From an uncultured Spirochaetota bacterium (lineage in GTDB: Bacteria; Spirochaetota; Brevinematia; Brevinematales; JAOACQ01), in assembly GCA_963783575.1 (NCBI GenBank), contig CAWAOD010000009.1:256001-320000 (forward strand): a stretch of DNA of 64,000 nucleotides. Direction: 5' to 3'. Shown here in pieces: positions 40,164-48,853 of the stretch. Position numbers and translations under genes: made by a program. Under the pieces are notes generated by a model that searched no databases, was not told the origin of the DNA, and worked only from the letters and a program-made list of their open reading frames with translations. Within the stretch, counting starts at the first letter, position 1, and each line of letters starts with the position of its first letter.

Positions 40164-41111
40164 TTACAGAATCGCATTGAATAAATACCCCGTCAACATA
40201 ATTCCAACCGCTACCACGCTGAAATAGATTATCAGCAGGCGAGGCTTTAAGACCTTCCTCAAAATAATCGCTTCCGGAAAAGACAATGCCGTAACGGCCA
40301 TCATAAAGGATAAAGCAGTCCCTATTGCCATGCCTTTATCCATTAAAACTTTTACAATCGGGATGATTCCGGCGGCATTTGAATATAGCGGTATGCCTAT
40401 TATAACCGCGATTGGCACAGCAAAAAAGTTTGAAGGCCCCGCGGCTTTTGATAGAAAATCCGCCGGCGCGTATCCATGCATAAAGCCGCCGATGGCTATT
40501 CCCACCAGAACATATGGCCAGACTTTCCCGATTATTTCGGAAACATAATCCCTTCCATAAATAAACCTGTCTTTCCAGTTCATTTTTTCAATTTTAGCAT
40601 ACCCGTATTTGATTTTATAAACATAATCCTCAACATGCTTTTCCAGTTTCATTCTTCCAATCGCCAATCCGCTGACAATAGCGATCACAATGCCGCTGGC
40701 AATATAAAGAACAGCGACTTTCCATCCGAAAAGGCCCCAGAGCATGATTAAGGCGACTTCATTGACCATCGGTGATGATACCAGAAATGAAAATGTCACA
40801 CCCAGAGGGATTCCTGCTTCAATGAAGCCGATGAAGAGGGGCACAGCCGAGCATGAACAGAAAGGTGTTACTATCCCCAGCAGGGCCGCAAGAATGTTGC
40901 CTACAAACTCCGGTACTTTTTCCAGTATTTTCTTTGTTCTTTCAGGTGGAAAAAAACTTCTGATAATAGCAATCGCAAAAATAATAACCGCAAGTAGAAA
41001 AAATATCTTTACAGTGTCGTAAATGAAGAAATTCAGCGCAGCCCCGATATGTGAATCCGGCTGAAGGCCAATTATTTTATAAACCAGCCGGTTAACAATA
41101 GTTTTCCACAT
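40164..41111 (-). CDS. arsP: ArsP-family (DUF318) permease
   Basis: LGIVTPFCSCSAVP, SSPMVNE, GIPLYSNAAG, ALSFPE. Confidence 0.9.
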   Translation of the reverse strand: MWKTIVNRLVYKIIGLQPDSHIGAALNFFIYDTVKIFFLLAVIIFAIAIIRSFFPPERTKKILEKVPEFVGNILAALLGIVTPFCSCSAVPLFIGFIEAGIPLGVTFSFLVSSPMVNEVALIMLWGLFGWKVAVLYIASGIVIAIVSGLAIGRMKLEKHVEDYVYKIKYGYAKIEKMNWKDRFIYGRDYVSEIIGKVWPYVLVGIAIGGFMHGYAPADFLSKAAGPSNFFAVPIAVIIGIPLYSNAAGIIPIVKVLMDKGMAIGTALSFMMAVTALSFPEAIILRKVLKPRLLIIYFSVVAVGIMLTGYLFNAIL

Positions 41112-41114
41112 ATT

Positions 41115-41347
41115 TTAAACTTTTAAGATTCTGATGATCTGATCTTTATCCAGAACCCTCCCTGCGCTTTTAACTATTCCATCTATAGCAAGCGCGGGTG
41201 TTGCCATCACGCCGAATTCCATAATCTTCTCAATTTCAGTAATCTTCTCGATTTCCGCATTTATGCCTGTTGCCGCGATAGCTTCTTTTGCGTTTGCTTC
41301 AAGCTTTTTGCAGTTAGCGCATCCGGAGCCAGAATTTGAATTTTCAT
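41115..41347 (-). CDS. Small CxxC thioredoxin-like protein (MTH895 type); 1-nt frameshift at codon 7
   Basis: With one added G: MKIQILGSGCANCKKLE..GVMATPALAIDG..SAGRV (77 aa); absent from the ORF track. Confidence 0.88.
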
Positions 41348-41358
41348 TATCAACCTCT

Positions 41359-42402
41359 CTAAATAAAACTTTTCTTTAATTTTAATGCGATGTTTACCAA
41401 TAAAACCATCACAGGCACTTCAATAAGCGGCCCGATAACCGCGGCAAAAGCCTGGTTTGAATCAATACCGAAGATGGCTACCGCCACAGCGATAGCAAGC
41501 TCAAAATCATTCGAAGCCGCCGAAAAGGAAACAGCCGCACATTGCTGATAATCGGCACCGGATTTTTTTGCAATAAAGAAAGTTGCGAACCACATTATAA
41601 AGAAATAAATTAAATACGGAACAGCAACCCTGATTACATCAAATGGAGTTTCTACTATAAATTTACCTTTCATTGAAAACATAACTATTATTGTAAATAA
41701 TAATGCGATCAGGGTTAGCGGGCTTATAAAAGGCGAGAAAACCTCATCAAACCATTCTTTACTTTTTATCTTTATCAATATAAACCGTGTAAATAGTCCC
41801 GCGATGAAAGGTATTCCAAGATAGATCATAACCGTTTTTGCGGATTCTAATATTGATATATTTACATTCAGCCCTTTTATCAGTCCTAATATGTTCAGGA
41901 AAACGGTAATAAATATAAAAATATAAAGTGCGTAAAACATAACCTGGAAAATAGCGTTAAAAGCGACAATACCGACACCAAGCTCCCTGTCGCCTTCAGA
42001 AAGGTCATTCCAGACGATAACCATCGCGATGCATCTCGCCAATCCTACAAGAATAACACCAATCATATATCCCGGATTATCCCTTAAAAATATTACAGCA
42101 AGAGCAAACATTATTAGAGGTCCTATAAGCCAATTCTGGATCAATGAAAGAAACATCAGTTTTTTATTCCTGAAAATTCTTCCCATTTCCTCATACTTCA
42201 CTTTTGCAAGTGGCGGATACATCATAATTATTAATCCTATTGCGATAGGAATGGAGGTCGTCCCGACCTGCAGCTTACCGATCCACACAGTTAAAGGTGG
42301 ATAAAAATAACCCAGAGCAATTCCAAAAGCCATAGCAATGAATATCCACAATGTGAGAAACCGGTCAATAAAACTGAGTTTTTTTGAAACTATAGTATCC
42401 AT
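41359..42402 (-). CDS. acr3: Arsenite efflux transporter Acr3
   Basis: [53 protein letters not shown]. Confidence 0.95.
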   Translation of the reverse strand: MDTIVSKKLSFIDRFLTLWIFIAMAFGIALGYFYPPLTVWIGKLQVGTTSIPIAIGLIIMMYPPLAKVKYEEMGRIFRNKKLMFLSLIQNWLIGPLIMFALAVIFLRDNPGYMIGVILVGLARCIAMVIVWNDLSEGDRELGVGIVAFNAIFQVMFYALYIFIFITVFLNILGLIKGLNVNISILESAKTVMIYLGIPFIAGLFTRFILIKIKSKEWFDEVFSPFISPLTLIALLFTIIVMFSMKGKFIVETPFDVIRVAVPYLIYFFIMWFATFFIAKKSGADYQQCAAVSFSAASNDFELAIAVAVAIFGIDSNQAFAAVIGPLIEVPVMVLLVNIALKLKKSFI

Positions 42403-42548
42403 AATTTGCTCACTGTTTTTAAATCCATATTTTTCTCCTTAGAAATTATATTTAAAATCTAATTATGGATCCTATTTTATAATTTTATAATAAGTTTCAT
42501 ATTTCCACAACCATGGATTCAAGAACAATTTCATTAACCTGACCGTTT

Positions 42549-43328
42549 TTATCCCTTTAGTTTCTGGTATATACCTTTAAGCCTTGTTTGATAGATGCTT
42601 TTAATAGTTTCTTCATCTTCCTTTATCGGTTTACCCGGTATCAGGTCGATTGTTTCATCAAAAGACAACCCCGAGTCCAGATAAGTTTTCAGCGCTCCGC
42701 AGATCATTTTTTTAAAAGCAGCTTTAAAATCTTCCGCTGATAAACCCATGCCCAGGCTTATTTTTTTAATTTCTTCCCATTGAAACCAGAAATAAGTCGG
42801 CCCCATCGCAGTTAGAACAGCGTAAGCCTCAAGATTTTCTTCGGGGACAACCGGCGACTCGCCTAAAATCTCCAGGATCGCATATAGCATATTTCTATCA
42901 ACTACTGATAAGGCATTTGAATAAGATACCGGGTTGAATCCCGAATTTATTACAGAAGGACCGTTCGGAATAACTCGCGCAATCCTGTTGAAACCTCCCA
43001 GAAGTTCTGATAAATTTTTTATGGTAAATTTCGGTGCCAATGAAATGACAATCGAATCTTTTTTTAGCGAGGCTCCAATTTCAGGAAGCTCCTGACTGAT
43101 AACGGGCGGGTGAAGCGAAATAAAAACCAGGTCTTTAGCTGCCGGAGTTTTATTATCATTCTGATAGGTTTTGACATCCGGAAATTTTGTTTTGATTTTT
43201 TCCAAAACTTCCGGATCATTATCACTGACCGATATTTCACTGAATGTAATTCCTTTCTTCTTAAAAGCCTCCAAAAAAATACGCGTAATTCTGCCGCCCC
43301 CAATAAAACCAATAGTTCTGTCAATCAT
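42549..43328 (-). CDS. Pyrroline-5-carboxylate reductase-like NAD(P)-dependent oxidoreductase
   Basis: IGFIGGGRI Rossmann fold; ISLAP; RVIPNGP; AMGPTY. Confidence 0.8.
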   Translation of the reverse strand: MIDRTIGFIGGGRITRIFLEAFKKKGITFSEISVSDNDPEVLEKIKTKFPDVKTYQNDNKTPAAKDLVFISLHPPVISQELPEIGASLKKDSIVISLAPKFTIKNLSELLGGFNRIARVIPNGPSVINSGFNPVSYSNALSVVDRNMLYAILEILGESPVVPEENLEAYAVLTAMGPTYFWFQWEEIKKISLGMGLSAEDFKAAFKKMICGALKTYLDSGLSFDETIDLIPGKPIKEDEETIKSIYQTRLKGIYQKLKG

Positions 43329-43342
43329 ATGATTCCTCCATA

Positions 43343-43398
43343 TATATGATTATATACATATATGCACATATAATAATGTAACATTAATAAAATGTCAA
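43343..43398 (-). promoter_or_regulatory. Sigma70 promoter of the ars operon with an overlapping ArsR-type operator
   Basis: TTGACA(43398-43393)-17 bp-TATTAT(43375-43370); imperfect 14-2-14 inverted repeat tatatgattatata-ca-tatatgcacatata (43343-43372). Confidence 0.7.
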
Positions 43399-43583
43399 GA
43401 AAAAATAATTTTATTCTAATTTGGAACAAAGAACAAACTGCAATTTATGTTTACACCTGGATTTTATAATGAGCGAAAATCAGGTTGACTTATTTAATAT
43501 TTATGATTAGAATTTGTATATTAGAAAAGACCGGTGGCGGTTTTCCGGCAGCGGTCATTATGATTGAATATAGGAGGCGATTA

Positions 43584-44075
43584 ATGGAAGCAATTTATCA
43601 ATTTGTAATGAATGATATAGATGGAAAAAGTGTGCAGCTATCTCAATACCGGAACAGAGTGGTTCTTATTGTCAATGTTGCCAGTAAATGCGGTTTTACA
43701 CCGCAATATAAGGGCCTGGAAGAGCTTTACCTCAAGTATAAAGATAAAGGCTTTTATATCCTTGGATTTCCGGCTAATAACTTTATGGGCCAGGAGCCGG
43801 GAAGCAATGAAGAGATTAAAAACTTTTGTTCGCTGACTTACGGTGTTACATTCCCTATGTTTTCCAAGATTGATGTAAAAGGTATAAACATAGCTCCTCT
43901 TTACTCTTATTTAACCGATAAAAAGCTGAATCCGAAGTTTGGCGGTGATATAAGCTGGAACTTTAATAAATTCCTTATTGATAAAAAAGGAAATATCATC
44001 AACCGGTTCGATTCAGCTGTAAAGCCTGATGATCCGAAGCTTGTAAATGCAATCGAAGAAGCTTTAAAAGAATAA
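43584..44075 (+). CDS. Glutathione peroxidase family protein (Cys type)
   Basis: VNVASKCGFTPQY, LGFPANNF.GQEP, WNFNKFL; ATG at 43584 after AGGAGG. Confidence 0.93.
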   Translation: MEAIYQFVMNDIDGKSVQLSQYRNRVVLIVNVASKCGFTPQYKGLEELYLKYKDKGFYILGFPANNFMGQEPGSNEEIKNFCSLTYGVTFPMFSKIDVKGINIAPLYSYLTDKKLNPKFGGDISWNFNKFLIDKKGNIINRFDSAVKPDDPKLVNAIEEALKE

Positions 44076-44084
44076 TGTCGGTTT

Positions 44085-44420
44085 TTATTTTCCGGCGGCA
44101 CAACTCACGGTAGCGGCAAGTTCAATATCTTTTCCGTATTGATCAAAAGAGGGCAGTTGTACTAGGAGGCTTTTAAGGAAAGGGAATCTTATCAGTGCGC
44201 CGGGATCTATCTTATGGCAGACAAACTGGCCGAGTTTTTCCGAATCAATGAGGCCTGCTTCTTTTAGTTTCATAAGATGCCTGGATGCGTTGGACTGGTT
44301 CATCCCAAGGACTTTTTCAATCTCACAGACGCATAGCTTTCTTGTGTTTAAAAGATTAAGGATTCTGATTCTGTTTTCATCCGCCAGGGCTTTTAAGATC
44401 TTTATTAATTCTTTTGACAT
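44085..44420 (-). CDS. arsR: ArsR/SmtB-family repressor
   Basis: KALADENRIRIL..LCVCEI..QSNASRHL..L..AGL. Confidence 0.92.
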   Translation of the reverse strand: MSKELIKILKALADENRIRILNLLNTRKLCVCEIEKVLGMNQSNASRHLMKLKEAGLIDSEKLGQFVCHKIDPGALIRFPFLKSLLVQLPSFDQYGKDIELAATVSCAAGK

Positions 44421-44647
44421 ATCAAACTCTTTTTTTAATTATTCCAGAAGAGTATAAAATAAATAATAATAAAACTCAAGGATGGGCTTTTTAATAGTGT
44501 CAACCGAATCACTCACTTTTATTTAAATTTGTGGTTTTTTTTACATTCAATTATAATTCTTCCGGGGATAGATTTTTTAACAAATATTATTAAATCATCA
44601 TATTATCAGTTTGATTAATATAATTATCAGTATATTCGTCAGGGGGC

Positions 44648-45751
44648 ATGAGAACGAATACACTACAAAAGAACTTTTCCGGCACAGAGAACAATGATAA
44701 TTGGAATGATAACTGGTATTATTATACTTTCCGGTTATTATACGGCTCCTGCCTTATCATCCACACATTATATTTTATCTTGTTCATACTGTTGAAGGTC
44801 AACCTTCTCTTCTACTTTAATATAGGAAGCATTCTGTTGTATTCTCTCGCCCTTTTTTTTAATAAGAGAAGAAAATACAGACTATTTTATTTTTTTTCTC
44901 ACATTGAAATTTCTTTTCATGCTTTTCTGGCTATTCTCTGCCTGGGCTGGCAGAGTAATTTCGGGTTTTTCTTTATCGGAATATCTTTGTTGATTTTCTT
45001 TATTGAATTATTCAAACGATGGATTAGATTAACAGAAGTAATAGTAATTATTTTATTGGGTATTCTCTCTTATTTCATTTCAGTTCAGATTCAGCCGGTT
45101 TATAAAATCAACTCTATTGTCCTGAATGTTCTTGGAAGCTTTAATATGGTTTCGTTTATCCTGCTCTGTTTGTATATTATTAACGATAGAAACTCATTAT
45201 TAACCGGTAAACTTAAAGAGATGGCTGAAATAGATGGTTTAACCGGGGTTTACAACCGGCATGTTTTTAATGAAAACCTGGAGATAGAAAGCCGGAGAAT
45301 GCTGAACCAGATCCGTTTTAATACAACCAGCCAGACCAATTTTGCAATCGCTATGCTGGACATTGACGATTTTAAGGTTATTAATGACTTATACGGCCAT
45401 TTAGCAGGCGATAATGTCCTCAGGGAAGTTGTCCATATAATGGAAGAGACCATCTTTTCACGTGATATTCTATGCCGTTTCGGCGGCGATGAGTTCGCCA
45501 TACTCTTTATCAGCACGCCTCGTGAAGGCGCTCTAACAGCGATTGAGAAAATCAGGCGGAAAATAGAAGAATACCCTTTTTATTTCTCTTCGGAAAAAGC
45601 CGTTTTTCACATTACTGTAAGTATCGGGTTTGCGAGCTTTGAGGAAGAAAATGATAAATTTAAACTCCTTCATATAGCCGACAAAAGACTCTATGATTCT
45701 AAAGCGCGCGGAAAGAACCGTATTGTTACAAGCGATAATAAAAAAACATGA
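44648..45751 (+). CDS. Membrane-bound diguanylate cyclase
   Basis: About 6 TMs; DGLTGVYNR, DIDDFK..ND.YGH..GD, intact RFGGDEF; no RxxD I-site. Confidence 0.92.
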   Translation: MRTNTLQKNFSGTENNDNWNDNWYYYTFRLLYGSCLIIHTLYFILFILLKVNLLFYFNIGSILLYSLALFFNKRRKYRLFYFFSHIEISFHAFLAILCLGWQSNFGFFFIGISLLIFFIELFKRWIRLTEVIVIILLGILSYFISVQIQPVYKINSIVLNVLGSFNMVSFILLCLYIINDRNSLLTGKLKEMAEIDGLTGVYNRHVFNENLEIESRRMLNQIRFNTTSQTNFAIAMLDIDDFKVINDLYGHLAGDNVLREVVHIMEETIFSRDILCRFGGDEFAILFISTPREGALTAIEKIRRKIEEYPFYFSSEKAVFHITVSIGFASFEEENDKFKLLHIADKRLYDSKARGKNRIVTSDNKKT

Positions 45752-45785
45752 GCATCATAAAATAAAATATACTGGGTGGCAATTT

Positions 45786-46832
45786 TTGAAGAAGCTTGCT
45801 ATTAAATTAATTCCCTCCATAATTCTTGTAAATTGTTTATTCTCCTGTTCTTCTTTTAAAATCTGCCTTGATCAATCCGGCATTCGGGAAATTGCCGGTT
45901 ACATAATGAATAACTATAAAACCGGTACAAAAGAAGAATTGAAAGATTATATGGCCGATTTAAACTTTCTTTCGGAGACAAATACCTATAACCCGGAATC
46001 TATTAAAATCCAGCCGTTAAAAAAATGGAATTTGACAAGAAAGGATATAACTCAGCAAAGACTGGAATTCCCTTCATGCCTTAAATTTGATGATGTTAAA
46101 ACGGATACGGCGGTTTTTTATTTCTACAGGAAAGCTGAATTGAGCAATCAGAATATTATACTATGGATTCCCGGTTTCGGGGTTTCGGATTTCGCTTTTC
46201 AATTTATCCGGAAATTCTTTAATGAGGAATTGGATTCCGGCTATTCCATTCTATTCTATAATATCCCCTATCACCTGGAAAGAATCCAGCCGGGTAAAAA
46301 AGCGGGGGAAGGCTTTTTTACGGCGGACACGGAAAGAAATCTGGAAACGGTAAGGATATCTCTCTGTGAAATCCGTACAGCCCTGTCCTATCTGAATAGT
46401 GAAGGTATAACAAACATAAGCGGCTGGGGCGGTTCAGTCGGGGCAGCGCTTCTCTGGCTTACATCCATTCATATTAAGTTCGATCATATGGCTTTGATGA
46501 TTCCGATTGTCGATTGGAACACCATAGTTTTCAACCCAGGCTTGAAAACAGTCCTTAACCGGAATGAAAAAGAGGGGCTTTCAGACGGACTTATCCGAAG
46601 TGCATATAACTATATCAGCCCGATAAATTATCCCTCATTAACACCGGAAGGCCGCATACAGGTACTTTACGCAGAATATGATCAGCTTTCACCCGAAAGA
46701 AATGTTCTTGAATTTGCAGGGAAATGGGGTATTACAAATATTCATGGATATGATGAGAGCCACGGTTCTATCCTGATCGATGACCGTATGTACAATGATT
46801 ATTCTGAATTTTTGAAAGAAATGCAGAAATAA
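45786..46832 (+). CDS. Alpha/beta-hydrolase-fold lipoprotein
   Basis: LFSC lipobox; WIPGFG; GGSVG (GxSxG); YDQ and ESHG candidate Asp/His; start uncertain (TTG 45786). Confidence 0.7.
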   Translation: MKKLAIKLIPSIILVNCLFSCSSFKICLDQSGIREIAGYIMNNYKTGTKEELKDYMADLNFLSETNTYNPESIKIQPLKKWNLTRKDITQQRLEFPSCLKFDDVKTDTAVFYFYRKAELSNQNIILWIPGFGVSDFAFQFIRKFFNEELDSGYSILFYNIPYHLERIQPGKKAGEGFFTADTERNLETVRISLCEIRTALSYLNSEGITNISGWGGSVGAALLWLTSIHIKFDHMALMIPIVDWNTIVFNPGLKTVLNRNEKEGLSDGLIRSAYNYISPINYPSLTPEGRIQVLYAEYDQLSPERNVLEFAGKWGITNIHGYDESHGSILIDDRMYNDYSEFLKEMQK

Positions 46833-47035
46833 TCATTTTGGCAAACATCCTCTCTTAATTTATCAAACAGCTTACACAGGTGTAATGTGTCTGAAAGTAT
46901 TTTTAACTTCTTGACATATTAGTTCAAATATAATAGGCTGATATATTGCATGAATGCAGCCCGTAACGGTGATATCAAATTTATCCGGAATTATAAAATG
47001 GATATAAATAAAAAAATGGAAGAGGAAAATAAAAA

Positions 47036-47860
47036 ATGATTAAAAAAACAGTTTATTTAACTGCGGCGGTTCTTTTTATAACTTTTACGGTTTATGCAGG
47101 AAATAGGAATGAAATACCGATGAAGCCTCTGCAAAAAATGATTCAAGACGGTGAATATTTAAGATATTCAATATTCAGCAGCGGCAAAAAGACAGGCAGT
47201 TTCTATATTGTCAATAAGGTTAACAAAAAGGAAAAGAATGTTTTATCATATATGGAATTCCTTAAAGAAGACTCATTACAAACACTTCCGGCTCATTATA
47301 CGAATTTTTCGGCTTTAATGAAAGTTTCTCTGGAAAATGGCTCCCTTGTCTATTATCATGAAAACAGGCTTTCAATTATGAAGATGCTTAAAGAAAAAGG
47401 CAGGGCAGTAATGGATCTGGAGATTTATGAAAAAAGCGGAACGGCAAATTACAAATCAAAAATTTGGGATGGATTTGTATTAAAAACATCTTCGGCAAAT
47501 CTAAATATAATACAAGGCTACCCGGCCTGGAATTGGAACGATGTTATGTTTCTTGGGTTACGGTTCCTTGATGCCGATAATCCGGGATTTGTATGTATGG
47601 TTGTGCCGGAATGGATTAAAAATCCGTTTCTGGGAAGGTTTGTTTTTGAAAACCATGAAATAGTTTATACAAAAACTGGAAAATTCAATACTGTCAAATT
47701 CGGGTGGGCCATGGGCAATTTGTTTCTAAGCAAATTGATGGAGATATTTTACAAAGAATACTTTTTCTGGATGGATGAAGAAACCGGAATTCTTGTAAAA
47801 GAAACAGGCAATAACAACTATTCTATAGAATTGGATGTGCTGGGAATATGGAAAGAATAA
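47036..47860 (+). CDS. Hypothetical exported beta-rich protein
   Basis: Signal peptide ending TVYA; GEYLRY..; TKTGKFNTVK..FWMDEETGILVK. Confidence 0.65.
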   Translation: MIKKTVYLTAAVLFITFTVYAGNRNEIPMKPLQKMIQDGEYLRYSIFSSGKKTGSFYIVNKVNKKEKNVLSYMEFLKEDSLQTLPAHYTNFSALMKVSLENGSLVYYHENRLSIMKMLKEKGRAVMDLEIYEKSGTANYKSKIWDGFVLKTSSANLNIIQGYPAWNWNDVMFLGLRFLDADNPGFVCMVVPEWIKNPFLGRFVFENHEIVYTKTGKFNTVKFGWAMGNLFLSKLMEIFYKEYFFWMDEETGILVKETGNNNYSIELDVLGIWKE

Positions 47861-47959
47861 AATATATTTTTTGAATGTTTGATAAAATACAGGTTTTTCA
47901 TTATAATTATATATGAATAAATCCCCTTGTTATAAGGGAATTAGCGAATTGGGGGTTAA

Positions 47960-48853
47960 ATGGAACCGAATTTAAAGGGTTTTGTTGAGTCAAATCAGCT
48001 GCCGAAAGAATATTTTCAAAAAATATCCAATCTAAAAGAATATTTTCTCGATCATAAAATAGGAATAAAAGAAAAAGAAAAAGAGCTTGAAACCGGGGTT
48101 GTCTGGGCTTTTTTTGTGCTCAACCAGTTGTTTGAAAATATAATTGATATTGATAAAATTTCAGCTTATTTTAACGTTGATAAGAAAATTATCGAAGAAC
48201 AAAAAGATATTGTAATGGATGGCATATCTTTATTCGATGAACGGTTTTTACTCTCGAAGGTTGTTTCCAAAATGGATGAAATTGCTCCTTTAAGAAAGAA
48301 ATTGATAGGCTGTTCGGTAAGAGACCTTGAAAATATTTTTAACAGCTCGATGAAGCTTTATAATGAAGATAATCTTGAATCAGCTTTATATACATTTTTA
48401 GCGCTTCAGGATTTTGTAAATATCCACTGTGATATGCTTTCAGCCGATGAATTTTTAGGGTATAATCTGGATACGATATCTATGATAGGCCAGATTTACT
48501 GGGATAAAGAGGATATGGAAAAAGCCCTGCAGGCATTTCAATACGGCATACAGTTTGTCGAGGCTTTTTTTGATGATCTGAAGAAAGAGGAACTGGATTT
48601 TCATGATCCGAATCAAACCGGTATTTTTTATATTCTGGAAGATTACGCATCGATACAATATGCTCTTGAAAACATTGCGGAAGCGGAAAAATATTTTAAA
48701 ATACTACAGGTTATCGACCGGGAAAATAATCTAAAAGCCGGAACCGCTCTTGATTTCATCGCAACCGGGAAAAGCTGGAATGATTATGTCGATCATCTAG
48801 ACAAAAAGATAGAGCTCAATCAAGGGGAAAGCGGCGGAGTGCAGAGTGCCTGA
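47960..48853 (+). CDS. Hypothetical acidic helical (TPR-like) protein
   Basis: 297-aa ORF overlapping the start of the SNF2 gene. Confidence 0.65.
   Translation: MEPNLKGFVESNQLPKEYFQKISNLKEYFLDHKIGIKEKEKELETGVVWAFFVLNQLFENIIDIDKISAYFNVDKKIIEEQKDIVMDGISLFDERFLLSKVVSKMDEIAPLRKKLIGCSVRDLENIFNSSMKLYNEDNLESALYTFLALQDFVNIHCDMLSADEFLGYNLDTISMIGQIYWDKEDMEKALQAFQYGIQFVEAFFDDLKKEELDFHDPNQTGIFYILEDYASIQYALENIAEAEKYFKILQVIDRENNLKAGTALDFIATGKSWNDYVDHLDKKIELNQGESGGVQSA

Noticed and set aside
43584..44075. Selenocysteine in gpx or the redoxin
   Set aside because: The active-site codons are TGC (Cys); no in-frame TGA
44085..44110. ArsR C-terminus SCAAGK resembles the HgcA cap-helix motif N(V/I)WCAAGK
   Set aside because: It lacks N-x-W and the corrinoid domain; a five-residue coincidence at the end of a clear ArsR
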